Of a stretch of 64,000 nt of DNA, positions 1-13,100 are shown one piece after another (position 1 is the first letter of the stretch; each line of letters begins with the position of its first letter). The stretch comes from Eledone cirrhosa (Eukaryota). The stretch covers positions 26,474,001 through 26,538,000 of the forward strand of contig OZ024753.1 of NCBI GenBank assembly GCA_964016885.1. Direction: 5' to 3'. Both the position numbers and the translations under genes were made by a program. The notes beneath the pieces are model-generated. The model ran no database searches and was not told the DNA's origin. It saw only the letters and a list, made by a program, of their open reading frames with translations.

Positions 1-3000
1 TGCCGTTATCTATGTTGGGAGGGTGACATTACCTATTTTAGGAGGGTGCCATTACCTATGTTGGGAGAGTGCGAGTACCTATGTTAGGAGGCTGCCGTTA
101 CCTATTTTGGGAGAGTGCCATTACCTATGTTAGGAGGGTGCCATTACCTATGTTAGGAGGGTGCCATTACCTATGTTGGAAGGGTGCCTTTACCTATGTT
201 GGAAGGGTGACGTTACCTATGTTAGGAGGGTGCCTTTACCTATGTTAGGAGAGTACCATTACCTATGTTGGGAGGGTGCCGTTACCTATGATGGGAGAGT
301 GCCGTTACCGATGTTGGGAGGGTGCCGTTACCTATTTGGGAGAGTGCCATCACCTAAGTTAGGAGGGTGCCGTTACCTATGTTAAGAGGGTACCTTTGAT
401 TATGTTGGAAGGGTGGAGTTACCTATGTTAGGAGGGTGCCATTACCTATGTTGGAAGGGTGCCGTTACCTATGTTAGGAGGGTGCCGTTTCCTATGTTTG
501 GAGGGTGCCGTTATCTATGTTGGGAGAGTGCCATTACCCATGTTAGGAGGGTGTCGTTACCTATAATGGGATAGTGCCATTACCTATGTTGGGAGGGTGT
601 CGTTACCTATGTTAGGAGGGTGCCATTACCTATGTTGGAAGGGTGCCGTTACTTATGTTAGGAGAGTGCCGTTACGTATGTTGGGAGGGTGCTGTTACCG
701 TTGTGGGAAGAGTGCAAATACCTATGTTGGGAGGGTTCCGTTACCTTTGTTGGAAGGGTGCCGTTACCTATGTTAGGAGGGTGCCGTTACTTATCTTGGG
801 AGGGTGCCGTTACCTATGTTATGAGGGTGCCGTTACTTATGTTGGGAGAGTGTCGTTACCTATGTTGGGAGAGTGCCGTTACCTATGTTAGGAGGGTGCC
901 GTTACCCATGTTAGGAGAGTGCCATTACCTATCTTGGGAGTGTGACGATACCTATGATGGGAGAGTGCCGTTCCCGATGTTGGGAGGGTGCCGTTACCTA
1001 TTTGGGAGAGTGCCATCACCTATGTTAGGAGGGTGCCGTTACCTATATTAGGAGGGTACCTTTAATTATGTTGGATGGGTGCCGTTACCTATGTTGGGAG
1101 GGTGCCGTTACCTATGCTTGGAGAGTGCCGTTACCTATGTTGCGAGGGAGCCGTTACCTATGTTAGGAGGGTACCTTTCATTATGTTGGAAGGATGCCGT
1201 TACCTATGTTAGGAGAGTGCCATTACCTATGTTAGAAGGGTGCCATTACCTATGTTGGAAGGGTGCCTTACCTAGGTTAGGAGGGTGCCATTACCTATGT
1301 TAGGAGAGTGCCATTACCTATGTTAGGAGGGTGCCGTTACCTATGTTTGGAGGGTGTCGTTACCTAAGTTGGGAGAGTGCTGTTACCTATGTTGGGAGAG
1401 TGCCGTTACTTATGTTGGAAGGGTGGCGTTTCCTATGTTGGGAGAGTGCGAGTACCTATGTTAGGAGAGTGCCATTACCTATGTTAGGAGGGTGCCATTA
1501 CCTATGTTAGGAGGGTGCCATTACCTACGTTGGAAGGGTGCCGTTACCTATGGTGGGAGAGTGCCATTACCTATGTTGGGAGGTGGGTCGTTACCTATGT
1601 TAGGAGGGAGCCATTACCTATTTTGGAAGGGTGCCGTTACCTAAGTTGGGAGAGTGCTGTTACCTATGTTGGGAGGGTGACGTTACCTATGTTGGAAGGG
1701 TGGCGTGACCTATGTTGGGAGGGTGCCGTTACCTATGGTGGGAGAGTGCCGTTACCTATGTTGGGAGGGCGCCGTTACCTATGTTGGGAGAGTGGCGTTT
1801 CCTATGTTGGAGGGTGCCGTTCCCTATGTTGGGAGGGTGCCATTACCTATGTTAGGAGGGTGCCATTACCTATGTTGGAAGGGTGCCGTTACCTATGTTA
1901 GGAGTGTGCCGTTACCTATGTTGGGAGGGTGCCGTTACCTATGTTAGAAGGGTGCCATTACCTATGTTGGAAGGGTGCCGTTACCTATGTTAGGAGTGTG
2001 CCGTTACCTATATGGGAGGGTGCCGTTACCTATGTTAGGAGTGTGCCGTTACCTATGTTGGGGGGCGGGTGCCGTTACCTGTGTTAGGAGGGTGCCTCTA
2101 CCTATGTTAGGAGAGTACCGTTACCTATGTTGGGACGGTGTTAGGAGGGCGCCGTTATCTATGTTGGGAGGGTGCCGTTACCTATGTTAGGAGGGTGCCA
2201 TTACCTATGTTGGAAGGGTGCCGTTACCTATGTTAGGAGCGTGCCGTTACCTATGTTAGAAGAGTGCCATTACCTATGTTAGGAGGATGCCATTACCTAT
2301 TTTGGAAGGGTGCCTTTACCTATGTTGGGACAGTGCATTTACCTATGTTGGAAGAGTGCAGTTACCTATGTTAGGAGAATGTCGTTACGTATGTTGGGAT
2401 AGTTTCGTTACCTATGTTGGGAGGGTGCCGTTACCTATGTTGTAAGGGTGCTATTACCTATGTTGGGAGGGTGCCGTGACATATATTAGGATAGTGCCGT
2501 TACCTATGTTGGGAGGGTGGTGCTACCTATGTTGGGAGAGTGCCGTTACCTATGTTAGGAGAGTGCCGTTACCTATGTTGGCAGACTGCCGTTACTTATA
2601 TTGGGAGAGTGCCATTACCTATGTTAGGAGGGTGCCATTACCTATGTAAGGAGGTTGCCGTTACCTATGTTTTGGAGGGTGCCATTATCTATATTAGGAG
2701 GGTACCGTTACCTATATTAGGAGGGTGCGATTACCTATGTTGGAAGGGTGCCGTTACCTATGTTAGGAGGGTGCCTTTACCTATCTTAGGAGAGTGCCAT
2801 TACCTATGTTGGGAGGGTGCCGTTACCTATGTTGGGAGAGTGCCGTTACCTATTTTGGGAGAGTGCCAGTACCTATGTTGCGAGGGTGCCGTTACCTATG
2901 TTGGGAGAGTGCCTTTACCTATGTTAGGAGGGTGCCATTACCTATGTTGGAAGGGTGCCGTTACCTATGTTAGGAAGGTGCCGTTACCTATGTTAGGAGG

Positions 3001-6000
3001 GTGCCGTTATCTATGTTGGGAGGGTGCCCTTACCTATTTTAGGAGGGTGCCATTACCTATGTTGGAAGAGTGCGGTTACCTATGTTAGGAGGGTGCCGTT
3101 ACATATGTTGGGAGGGTGGCGTTACCTATGTTGGGAGAGTGCGAGTACCTATGTTAGTAGGCTACCGTTACCTATTTTGGGAGAGTGCCATTACCTATGT
3201 TAGGAGGGTGCCATTACCTATGTTAGGAGGGTGCCATTACCTATGTTGGAAGGGTGCCTTTACCTATGTTGGAAGGGTGCCGTTACCTATGTTAGGAGAG
3301 TGCCATTGCTTATGTTGGGAGCGTGCCGTTACCTATGATGGGAGAGTGCCGTTACCGATGTTGGGAGGGTGCCGTTACCTATTTGGGAGAGTGCCATCAC
3401 CTATGTTAGGAGGGTGCCGTTACCTATGTTAAGAGGGTACCTTTAATTATGTTGGAAGGGTGGCGTTACCTATGTTAGGAGGGTGTCGTTACCTATGTTG
3501 GGAGAGTGTTGGAAGGGTGCCGTTACGTATGTTAGGAGGGTGCCGTTACCTATGTTGGGAGGGTGTCGTTACCTATGTTGGGATATTGCCATTACCTATG
3601 TTGGGAGGGTGCCGTTACCTATGTTAGGAGGGTGCCTTTACCTATGTTGGAAGGGTGCCGTTACCTATGTTATGACAGTGCCGTTACGTATGTTGGGAGG
3701 GTGTCGTTACCTATGTTAGGAGGGTGCCGTTACTTATCTTGTGAGGGTGCCGTTACCTATGTTAGGAGGGTGCCATTACCTATGTTGGAAGTGTGCCGTT
3801 ACCTATGTTTGGAGGGTGCTGTTATCTATGTTAGGAGAGTGCCCTTACCTATGTTGGGAGGGTGCCGTTACCTATGTTAGAAGGGTGCCGTTACCTATGT
3901 TGGGTGGGTGGGGGGTGCCGTTACCTATGTTAGGAGGGTGCCTCTACCTATGTTGGGAGAGTAACGTTACCTATGTTGGGACGGTGCCTTTACCTATGTA
4001 GGGAGAATGGCGTTACCTATGTTGGGAGGGTGCCATTACCTATGTTGGAAGGGTGCCGTTACCTATGTTAGGAAGTTGCCGTTACTTATGTTAGGAGGGT
4101 GCCGTTATCTATGTTGGGAGGGTGCCGTTACCTATGTTAGGAGGGTGCCATTACCTATGTTGGAAGGGTGCCGTTACCTATGTTAGGAGGATGCCATTAC
4201 CTATGTTGGAAGGGTGCCTTTACCTATGTTGGGACAGTGCATTTACCTATGTTGGAAGAGTGCAGTTACCTATGTTGTAAGGGTGCTATTACCTATGTTG
4301 GGAGGGTGCCGTGACATAAGTTAGGATAGTGCCGTTACCTATGTTGGGAGGGTGGTGCTACCTATGTTGGGAGAGTGCCGTTACCTATGTTAGGAGCGTG
4401 CCGTTACCTATGTTGGCAAGGTGCCGTTACTTATATTGGGAGAGTGCCGTTACCTACGTTAGGAGAGTGCCGTTACCTATGTTGGCAGGGTGCCGTTACT
4501 TATATTGGGAGAGTGCCATTACCTATGTTAGGAGGGTGCCATAACCTATGTAAGGAGGTTGCCGTTACCTATGTTGGGAGGGTGCCATTATCTATATAAG
4601 GAGGGTACCGTTACCTATGTTAGGAGGGTGCCATTACCTATGTTGGAAGGGTGCCGTTACCTATGTTAGGAGGGTGCCTTTACCTATCTTAGGAGAGTGC
4701 CATTACCTATGTTGGGAGGGTGCCGTTACCTATGTTGGGAGATTTTGTTAGCTATGTTGGGAGAGTGCCATTACCTGTGTTAGAAGGGTGCCATTACCTA
4801 TGTTGGAAGGGTGCCGTTATCTATGTTAGGAGTGTGCCGTTACCTATGTTGGGAGGGTGCCGTTACCTATGTTAGGAGGGTGCCGTTACCTATGTTGGGG
4901 GGTGGGTGAGTGCCGTTACCTATGTTAGGAGGGTGCCTCTACCTATGTTAGGAGAGTACCGTTACCTATGTTGGGACGGTGCCGTTACTTATGTAGGGAG
5001 AATGGCTTTACCTATGTTGGGAGGGTGCCAATACCTATGTTGGAAGGGTGCCGCTACCTATGTTAGGAGGGTGCCATTACCTATGTTGGAAGGGTGCCGT
5101 TACGTTTGTTGGGAGAGTGCCATTACCTATGTTAGAAGGGTTCCATTACCTATGTTGGAAGGGTGCCGTTACCTATGTTAGGAGGGTGCCTCTACCTATG
5201 TTAGGAGAGTACCGTTACCTATGTTGGGACGTTGCCGTTACCTATGTAGGGAGAATGGCGTTACCTATGATGGGAGGGTGCCATTACCTATGTTGGAAGG
5301 GTGCCGTTACCTATGTTAGGAAGTTGCAGTTACTTATGTTAGGAGGGTGCCGTTATCTATGTTGGGAGGGTGCCGTTACCTATGTTAGGAGCGTGCCGTT
5401 ACCTATGTTAGAAGAGTGCTATTACCTATGTTAGGAGGCTGCCATTACCTATGTTGGAAGGGTGCCGTTACCTATGTTGGGACAGTGCATTTACCTATGT
5501 TGGAAGGGTGCAGTTACCTATGTTAGGAGAATGTCGTTACGTATGTTGGGATAGTTCCGTTACCTATGTTGGGAGGGTGCCGTTACCTATGTTGTAAGGG
5601 TGCTATTACCTATGTTGGGAGGGTGCCGTGACATAAGTTAGGATAGTGCCGTTACCTATGTTGGGAGGGTGGTGCTACCTATGTTGGGAGAGTGCCGTTA
5701 CCTATGTTAGGAGAGTGCCGTTACCTATGTTGGCAGGGTGCCGTTACTTATATTGGGAGAGTGCCGTTACCTATGTTAGGAGAGTGCCGTTATCTATGTT
5801 GGCAGGGTGCCGTTACTTATATTGGGAGAGTGCCATTACCTATGTTAGGAGGGTGCCATTACCTATGTAAGGAGGTTGCCGTTACCTATGTTAGGAGGGT
5901 GCCTTTACCTATTTTAGGAGACTGCCGTTACCTATGTTGGGAGGGTGCCGTTACCTATGTTGGGAGAGTGCCGTTACCTATTTTGGGAGAGTGCCAGTAC

Positions 6001-9000
6001 CTATGTTGCGAGGGTGCCGTTACCTATGATGGGAGAGTGCCGTTACCTATGTCGGAGGGTGCCGTTACCTATGTTGGGAGAGTGGCGTTACCTATGTTGG
6101 GAGCGTGCCGTTACCTATGTTGGGAGAGTGCCATTACCTATATAAGGAGGGTGCCGTAACCTTTGTTGGGAGAGTGCCGTTACCTATGGTGGAAGTGAGC
6201 CATTACCTATGTTGGAAGGGTGACGTTACCTATGTTAGGAGGGTTCCGTGACCTATGTTAGGAGAGTGCCGTTACCTATGTTGGGAGGGTGCCGTTACCT
6301 ATGTTGGGAGAGTGTTGGAAGGGTGCCGTTACCTATGTGAGGAGGGTGCCGTTACCTGTGTTGGGAAGGTGTCGTTACCTATGTTGGGATAGTGCCAATA
6401 CCTATGTTGGGAGGATGCAGTTACGTATGTTGGGAGGGTGCCGTTACCGTTGTTGGGAGAGTGCCAATACCTATGCTGGGAGGGTTCCGTTACCTATTTT
6501 GGGAGAGTGCCATTACCTATGTTAGGATGGTGCCATTACCTATGTTAGGAGGCTGGGGTTACTTATGTTGGGAGAGTGCCATTACCTAAGTTAGTAGGGT
6601 GTCATTACCAATGTTAGGAGGGTGCCATTACCTCTGTTGGAAGGGTGCTGTTACCTATGTTAAGCTGGTGCCGTTACCTATGTTGGGAGGGTGCTGTTAC
6701 CTATGTTAGGAGAGTGCCGTTACCTATGTTGGGAAGGTGCCGCTACCTATGTTAGGAGAGTGCCATTACCTATGTTAGGAGTGTGCCATTATCTATGTTG
6801 TAAGGGTGCCATTACCTATGTTAGGAGGGTGCCATTACCTAAGTTAGGAGAGTGCCATTACCTATGTTAGGAGGGTGCCGTTACCTAAGTTGGGAGAATG
6901 CTGTTACCTATGTTGGGAGGGTGCCGTTACCTATGTTGGAAGGATGGCGTTACCTATGTTGGGAGAGTGCGAGTACCTATGTTAGGAGATTGCCATTACC
7001 TATGTTAGGAGGGTGCCATTACCTATGTTGGAATAGTGCTGTTACCTATGTTAGGAGGGTGCCGTTACATATGTTGGTAGGGAGCCGTTACCTATGTTGG
7101 GAGAGTGCCATTACCTATGTTAGGAGGGTGCCGTTACCCATGTTAGGAGGGTGCCTTTACCTATATTGGAAGGGTGCCTTTACTATGTTAGGAGGGTGCC
7201 GTTACCTATGTTGGGAGGGTGGCGTTACCTATGTTAGGAATGTGCCATTAACTATGTTGGAAGGGTGCCGTTACCTATGTTAGGAAGGTGCCGTTACTTA
7301 TGTTAGGAGGGTGCCGTTATCTATGTTGGGAGGGTGCCGTTACCTATGTTAGGAGGGTACCATTACCTATGTTGGAAGGGTGCCGTTACCTATGTTAGGA
7401 GAGTGCCGTTACCTATGTTAGGAGGGTGCCGTTACCTATGTTGGGAGAGTGCCATTACCTATGATGGGAGAGTGCAGTTGCCGATGTTGGGAGGGTGCTG
7501 TTACCTGTTTGGGAGAGTGCCATCACCTTTGTTAGGAGGGTTCCGTTACCTATGTTAAGAGGGTTCCTTTAATTATGTTGGAAGGGTGGCGTTACCTATG
7601 TTAGGAGGGTGTCATTACCTATGTTGGAAGAGTGCGGTTACCTATGTTAGGAGGGTGCCGTTACATATGTTGGGAGGGTGGCGTTACCTATGTTGGGAGA
7701 GTGCGAGTACCTATGTTAGTAGGCTACCGTTACCTATTTTGGGAGAGTGCCATTACCTATGTTAGGAGGGTGCCATTACCTATGTTAGGAGGGTGCCATT
7801 ACCTATGTTGGAAGGGTGCCTTTACCTATGTTGGAAGGGTGCCGTTACCTATGTTAGGAGGGTGCCGTTATCTATGTTAGGAGAGTGCCATTGCTTATGT
7901 TGGGAGGGTGCCGTTACCTATGATGGGAGAGTGCCGTTACCGATGTTGGGAGGGTGCCGTTACCTATTTGGGAGAGTGCCATCACCTATGTTAGGAGGGT
8001 GCCGTTACCTATGTTAAGAGGGTACCTTTAATTATGTTGGAAGGGTGGCGTTACCTATGTTAGGAGGGTGTCGTTACCTATGTTGGGAGGGTGTCGTTAC
8101 CTATGTTGGGATATTGACATTCCATATGTTGGGAGGGTGCCGTTACCTATGTTAGGAGGGTGCCATTACCTATGTTGGAAGTGTGCCGTTACCTATGTTA
8201 GGAGGGTGCTGTTATCTATGTTAGGAGAGTGCCCTTACCTATGTTGGGAGGGTGCCGTTACCTATGTTAGGAGGGTGCCGTTAGCTATGTTGGGGAGGGT
8301 GGGGGGTGCCGTTACCTATGTTAGGAGGGTGCCTCTACCTATGTTAGGAGAGTACCGTTACCTATGTTGGGACGGTGCCGTTACCTATGTAGGGAGAATG
8401 GCGTTACCTATGTTGGGAGGGTGCCATTACCTATGTTGGAAGGGTGCCGTTACCTATGTTAGGAAGTTGCCGTTACTTATGTTAGGAGGGTGCCGTTATC
8501 TATGTTGGGAGGGTGCCGTTACCTATGTTAGGAGGGTGCCATTACCTATGTCGGGAGGGTGCCGTTACCTATGTTGGGAGAGTGGCGTTACCTATGTTGG
8601 GAGGGTGCCGTTACCTATGTTGGGAGAGTGCCATTACCTATATAAGGAGGGTGCCGTTACCTATGTTGGGAGAGTGCCGTTACCTATGGTGGAAGTGAGT
8701 CATTACCTATGTTTGAAGGGTGCCGTTACCTATGTTAGGAGGGTGCTGTGACCTATGTTAGGAGAGTGCCGTTACCTATGTTGGGAGATTGCCGTTACGT
8801 ATGTTGGGAGAGTGCCATTACCTATGTTAGAAGGGTTCCATTACCTATGTTGGAAGGGTGCCGTTACCTATGTTAGGAGGGTGCCTCTACCTATGTTAGG
8901 AGAGTACCGTTACCTATGTTGGGACGTTGCTGTTACCTATGTAGGGAGAATGGCGTTACCTATGTTGGGAGGGTGCCATTACCTATCTTGGAAGGGTGCC

Positions 9001-10129
9001 GTTACCTATGTTAGGAAGTTGTAGTTACTTATGTTAGGAGGGTGCCGTTATCTATGTTGGGAGGGTGCCGTTACCTATGTTAGGAGCGTGCCGTTACCTA
9101 TGTTAGAAGAGTGCTATTACCTATGTTAGGAGGCTGCCATTACCTATGTTGGAAGTGTGCCGTTACCTATGTTGGGACAGTGCATTTACCTATGTTGGAA
9201 GGGTGCAGTTACCTATGTTAGGAGAATGTCGTTACGTATGTTGGGATAGTTCCGTTACCTATGTTGGGAGGGTGCCGTTACCTATGTTGTAAGGGTGCTA
9301 TTACCTATGTTGGGAGGGTGCCGTGACATATGTTAGGATAGTGCCGTTACCTATGTTGGGAGGGTGGTGCTACCTATGTTGGGAGAGTGCCGTTACCTAT
9401 GTTAGGAGAGTGCCGTTACCTATGTTGGCAGGGTGCCGTTACTTATATTGGGAGAGTGCCGTTACCTATGTTAGGAGAGTGCCGTTACCTATGTTGGCAG
9501 GGTGCCGTTACTTATATTGGGAGAGTGCCATTACCTATGTTAGGAGGGTGCCATTACCTATGTAAGGAGGTTGCCGTTACCTATGTTAGGAGGGTGCCTT
9601 TACCTATTGTAGGAGACTGCCGTTACCTATGTTGGGAGGGTGCCGTTACCTATGTTGGGAGAGTGCCGTTACCTATTTTGGGAGAGTGCCAGTACCTATG
9701 TTGCGAGGGTGCCGTTACCTATGTTGGGAGAGTGCCGTTACCTATGTCGGGAGGGTGCCGTTACCTATGTTGGGAGAGTGGCGTTACCTATGTTGGGAGC
9801 GTGCCGTTACCTATGTTGGGAGAGTGCCATTACCTATATAAGGAGGGTGCCGTAACCTTTGTTGGGAGAGTGCCGTTACCTATGGTGGAAGTGAGCCATT
9901 ACCTATGTTGGAAGGGTGGCGTTACCTATGTTAGGAGGGTTCCGTGACCTATGTTAGGAGAGTGCCGTTACCTATGTTGGGAGGGTGCCGTTACCTATGT
10001 TGGGAGAGTGTTGGAAGGGTGCCGTTACCTATGTGAGGAGGGTGCCGTTACCTGTGTTGGGAAGGTGTCGTTACCTATGTTGGGATAGTGCCATTACCTA
10101 TGGTGGAAGTGAGCCATTACCTATGTTGG

Positions 10130-13100
10130 AAGGGTGCCGTTACCTATGTTAGGAGGGTGCCTTTACCTATGTTAGGAGAGTGCCGTTACCTATGTTAGGA
10201 GGGTGCCGTTACCTATGTTGGGAGAGTGCCATTACCTATGTTAGGAGGGTGCCATTACCTATGTTGGGAGGGTGCCGTTACCTATGATGGGAGAGTGCCG
10301 TTACCGATGTTGGGAGGGTGCTGTTACCTGTTTGGGAGAGTGCCATCACCTATGTTAGGAGGGTTCCGTTACCTATGTTAAGAGGGTACCTTTAATTATG
10401 TTGGAAGGGTGGCGTTACCTATGTTAGGAGGGTGCCATTACCTATGTTGGAAGAGTGCGGTTACCTATGTTAGGAGGGTGCCGTTACATATGTTGGGAGG
10501 GTGGCGTTACCTATGTTGGGAGAGTGCGAGTACCTATGTTAGTAGGCTACCGTTACCTATTTTGGGAGAGTGCCATTACCTATGTTAGGAGGGTGCCATT
10601 ACCTATGTTAGGAGGGTGCCATTACCTATGTTGGAAGGGTGCCTTTACCTATGTTGGAAGGGTGGCGTTACCTATGTTAGGAGGGTGCCGTTACCTATGT
10701 TAGGAGAGTGCCATTGCTTATGTTGGGAGGGTGCCGTTACCTATGATGGGAGAGTGCCGTTACCGATGTTGGGAGGGTGCCGTTACCTATTTGGGAGAGT
10801 GCCATCACCTATGTTAGGAGGGTGCCGTTACCTATGTTAAGAGGGTACCTTTAATTATGTTGGAAGGGTGGCGTTACCTATGTTAGGAGGGTGTCGTTAC
10901 CTATGTTGGGAGGGTGTCGTTACCTATGTTGGGATATTGCCATTCCACATGTTGGGAGGGTGCCGTTACCTATGTTAGGAGGGTGCCATTACCTATGTTG
11001 GAAGGGTGCCGTTACCTATGTTATGACAGTGCCGTTACGTATGTTGGGAGGGTGCTGTTACCGTTGTGGGAAGAGTGCAAATACCTATGTTGGGAGGGTT
11101 CCGTTACCTTTGTTGGAAGGGTGCCGTTACCTATGTTAGGAGGGTGCCGTTACTTATCTTGGGAGGGTGCCGTTACCTATGTTAGGAGGGTGCCATTACC
11201 TATGTTGGAAGTGTGCCGTTACCTATGTTAGGAGGGTGCTGTTATCTATGTTAGGAGAGTGCCCTTACCTATGTTGGGAGGGTGCCGTTACCTATGTTAG
11301 GAGGGTGCCGTTAGCTATGTTGGGGGGGGGGGTGCCTTTACCTATGTTAGGAGGGTGCCTCTACCTATGTTAGGAGAGTACCGTTACCTATGTTGGGACG
11401 GTGCCGTTACCTATGTAGGGAGAATGGCGTTACCTATGTTGGGAGGGTGCCATTACCTATGTTGGAAGGGTGCCGTTACCTATGTTAGGAAGTTGCCGTT
11501 ACTTATGTTAGGAGGGTGCCGTTATCTATGTTGGGAGGGTGCCGTTACCTATGTTAGGAGGGTGCCATTACCTATGTTGGAAGGGTGCCGTTACCTATGT
11601 TAGGAGCGTGCCGTTACCTATGTTAGAAGAGTGCCATTACCTATGTTAGGAGGATGCCATTACCTATGTTGGAAGGGTGCCTTTACCTATGTTGGGACAG
11701 TGCATTTACCTATGTTGGAAGAGTGCAGTTACCTATGTTAGGAGAATGTCGTTACGTATGTTGGGATAGTTCCGTTACCTATGTTGGGAGGGTGCCGTTA
11801 CCTATGTTGTAAGGGTGCTATTACCTATGTTGGGAGGGTGCTGTGACATATGTTAGGATAGTGCCGTTACCTATGTTGGGAGGGTGGTGCTACCTATGTT
11901 GGGAGAGTGCCGTTACCTATGTTAGGAGCGTGCCGTTACCTATGTTGGCAGGGTGCCGTTACTTATATTGGGAGAGTGCCGTTACCTATGTTAGGAGAGT
12001 GCCGTTACCTATGTTGGCAGGGTGCCGTTACTTATATTGGGAGAGTGCCATTACCTATGTTAGGAGGGTGCCATTACCTATGTAAGGAGGTTGCCGTTAC
12101 CTATGTTGGGAGGATGCCATTATCTATATTAGGAGGGTACCGTTACCTATGTTAGGAGGTTGCCATTACCTATGTTGGAAGGGTGCCGTTACCTATGTTA
12201 GGAGGGTGCCTTTACCTATCTTAGGAGAGTGCCATTACCTATGTTGGGAGGGTGCCGTTACCTATGTTGGGAGAGTGCCGTTACCTATTTTGGGAGAGTG
12301 CCAGTACCTATGTTGCGAGGGTGCCGTTACCTATGTTGGGAGAGTGCCGTTACCTATGTTAGGAGGGTGCCGTTACCTGTTAGGAGGGTGCCTTTACCTA
12401 TGTTAGGAGGGTGCCATTACCTATGTTGGAAGGGTGCCGTTACCTATGTTAGGAAGGTGCCGTTACCTATGTTAGGAGGGTGCCGTTATCTATGTTGGGA
12501 GGGTGCCATTACCTATTTTAGGAGGGTGCCATTACCTATGTTGGAAGATTGCGGTTACCTATGTTAGGAGGGTGCCGTTACATATGTTGGGAGGGTGGCG
12601 TTACCTATGTTGGGAGAGTGCGAGTACCTATGTTAGGAGGCTGCCGTTACCTATTTTGGGAGAGTGCCATTACCTATGTTAGGAGGGTGCCATTACCTAT
12701 GTTAGGAGGGTGCCATTACCTATGTTGGAAGGGTGCCTTTACCTATGTTGGAAGGGTGCCGTTACCTATGTTAGGAGGGTGCCGTTACCTATGTTAGGTG
12801 GGTGCCATTACCTATGTTGGAAGGGTGCCGTTACCTATGTTAGGAGGGTGCCTTTACCTATCTTAGGAGAGTGCCATTACCTATGTTGGGAGGGTGCCGT
12901 TACCTATGTTGGGAGAGTGCCGTTACCTATTTTGGGAGAGTGCCAGTACCTATGTTGCGAGGGTGCCGTTACCTATGTTGGGAGAGTGCCGTTACCTATG
13001 TTAGGAGGGTGCCGTTACCTGTTAGGAGGGTGCCTTTACCTATGTTAGGAGGGTGCCATTACCTATGTTGGAAGGGTGCCGTTACCTATGTTAGGAAGGT

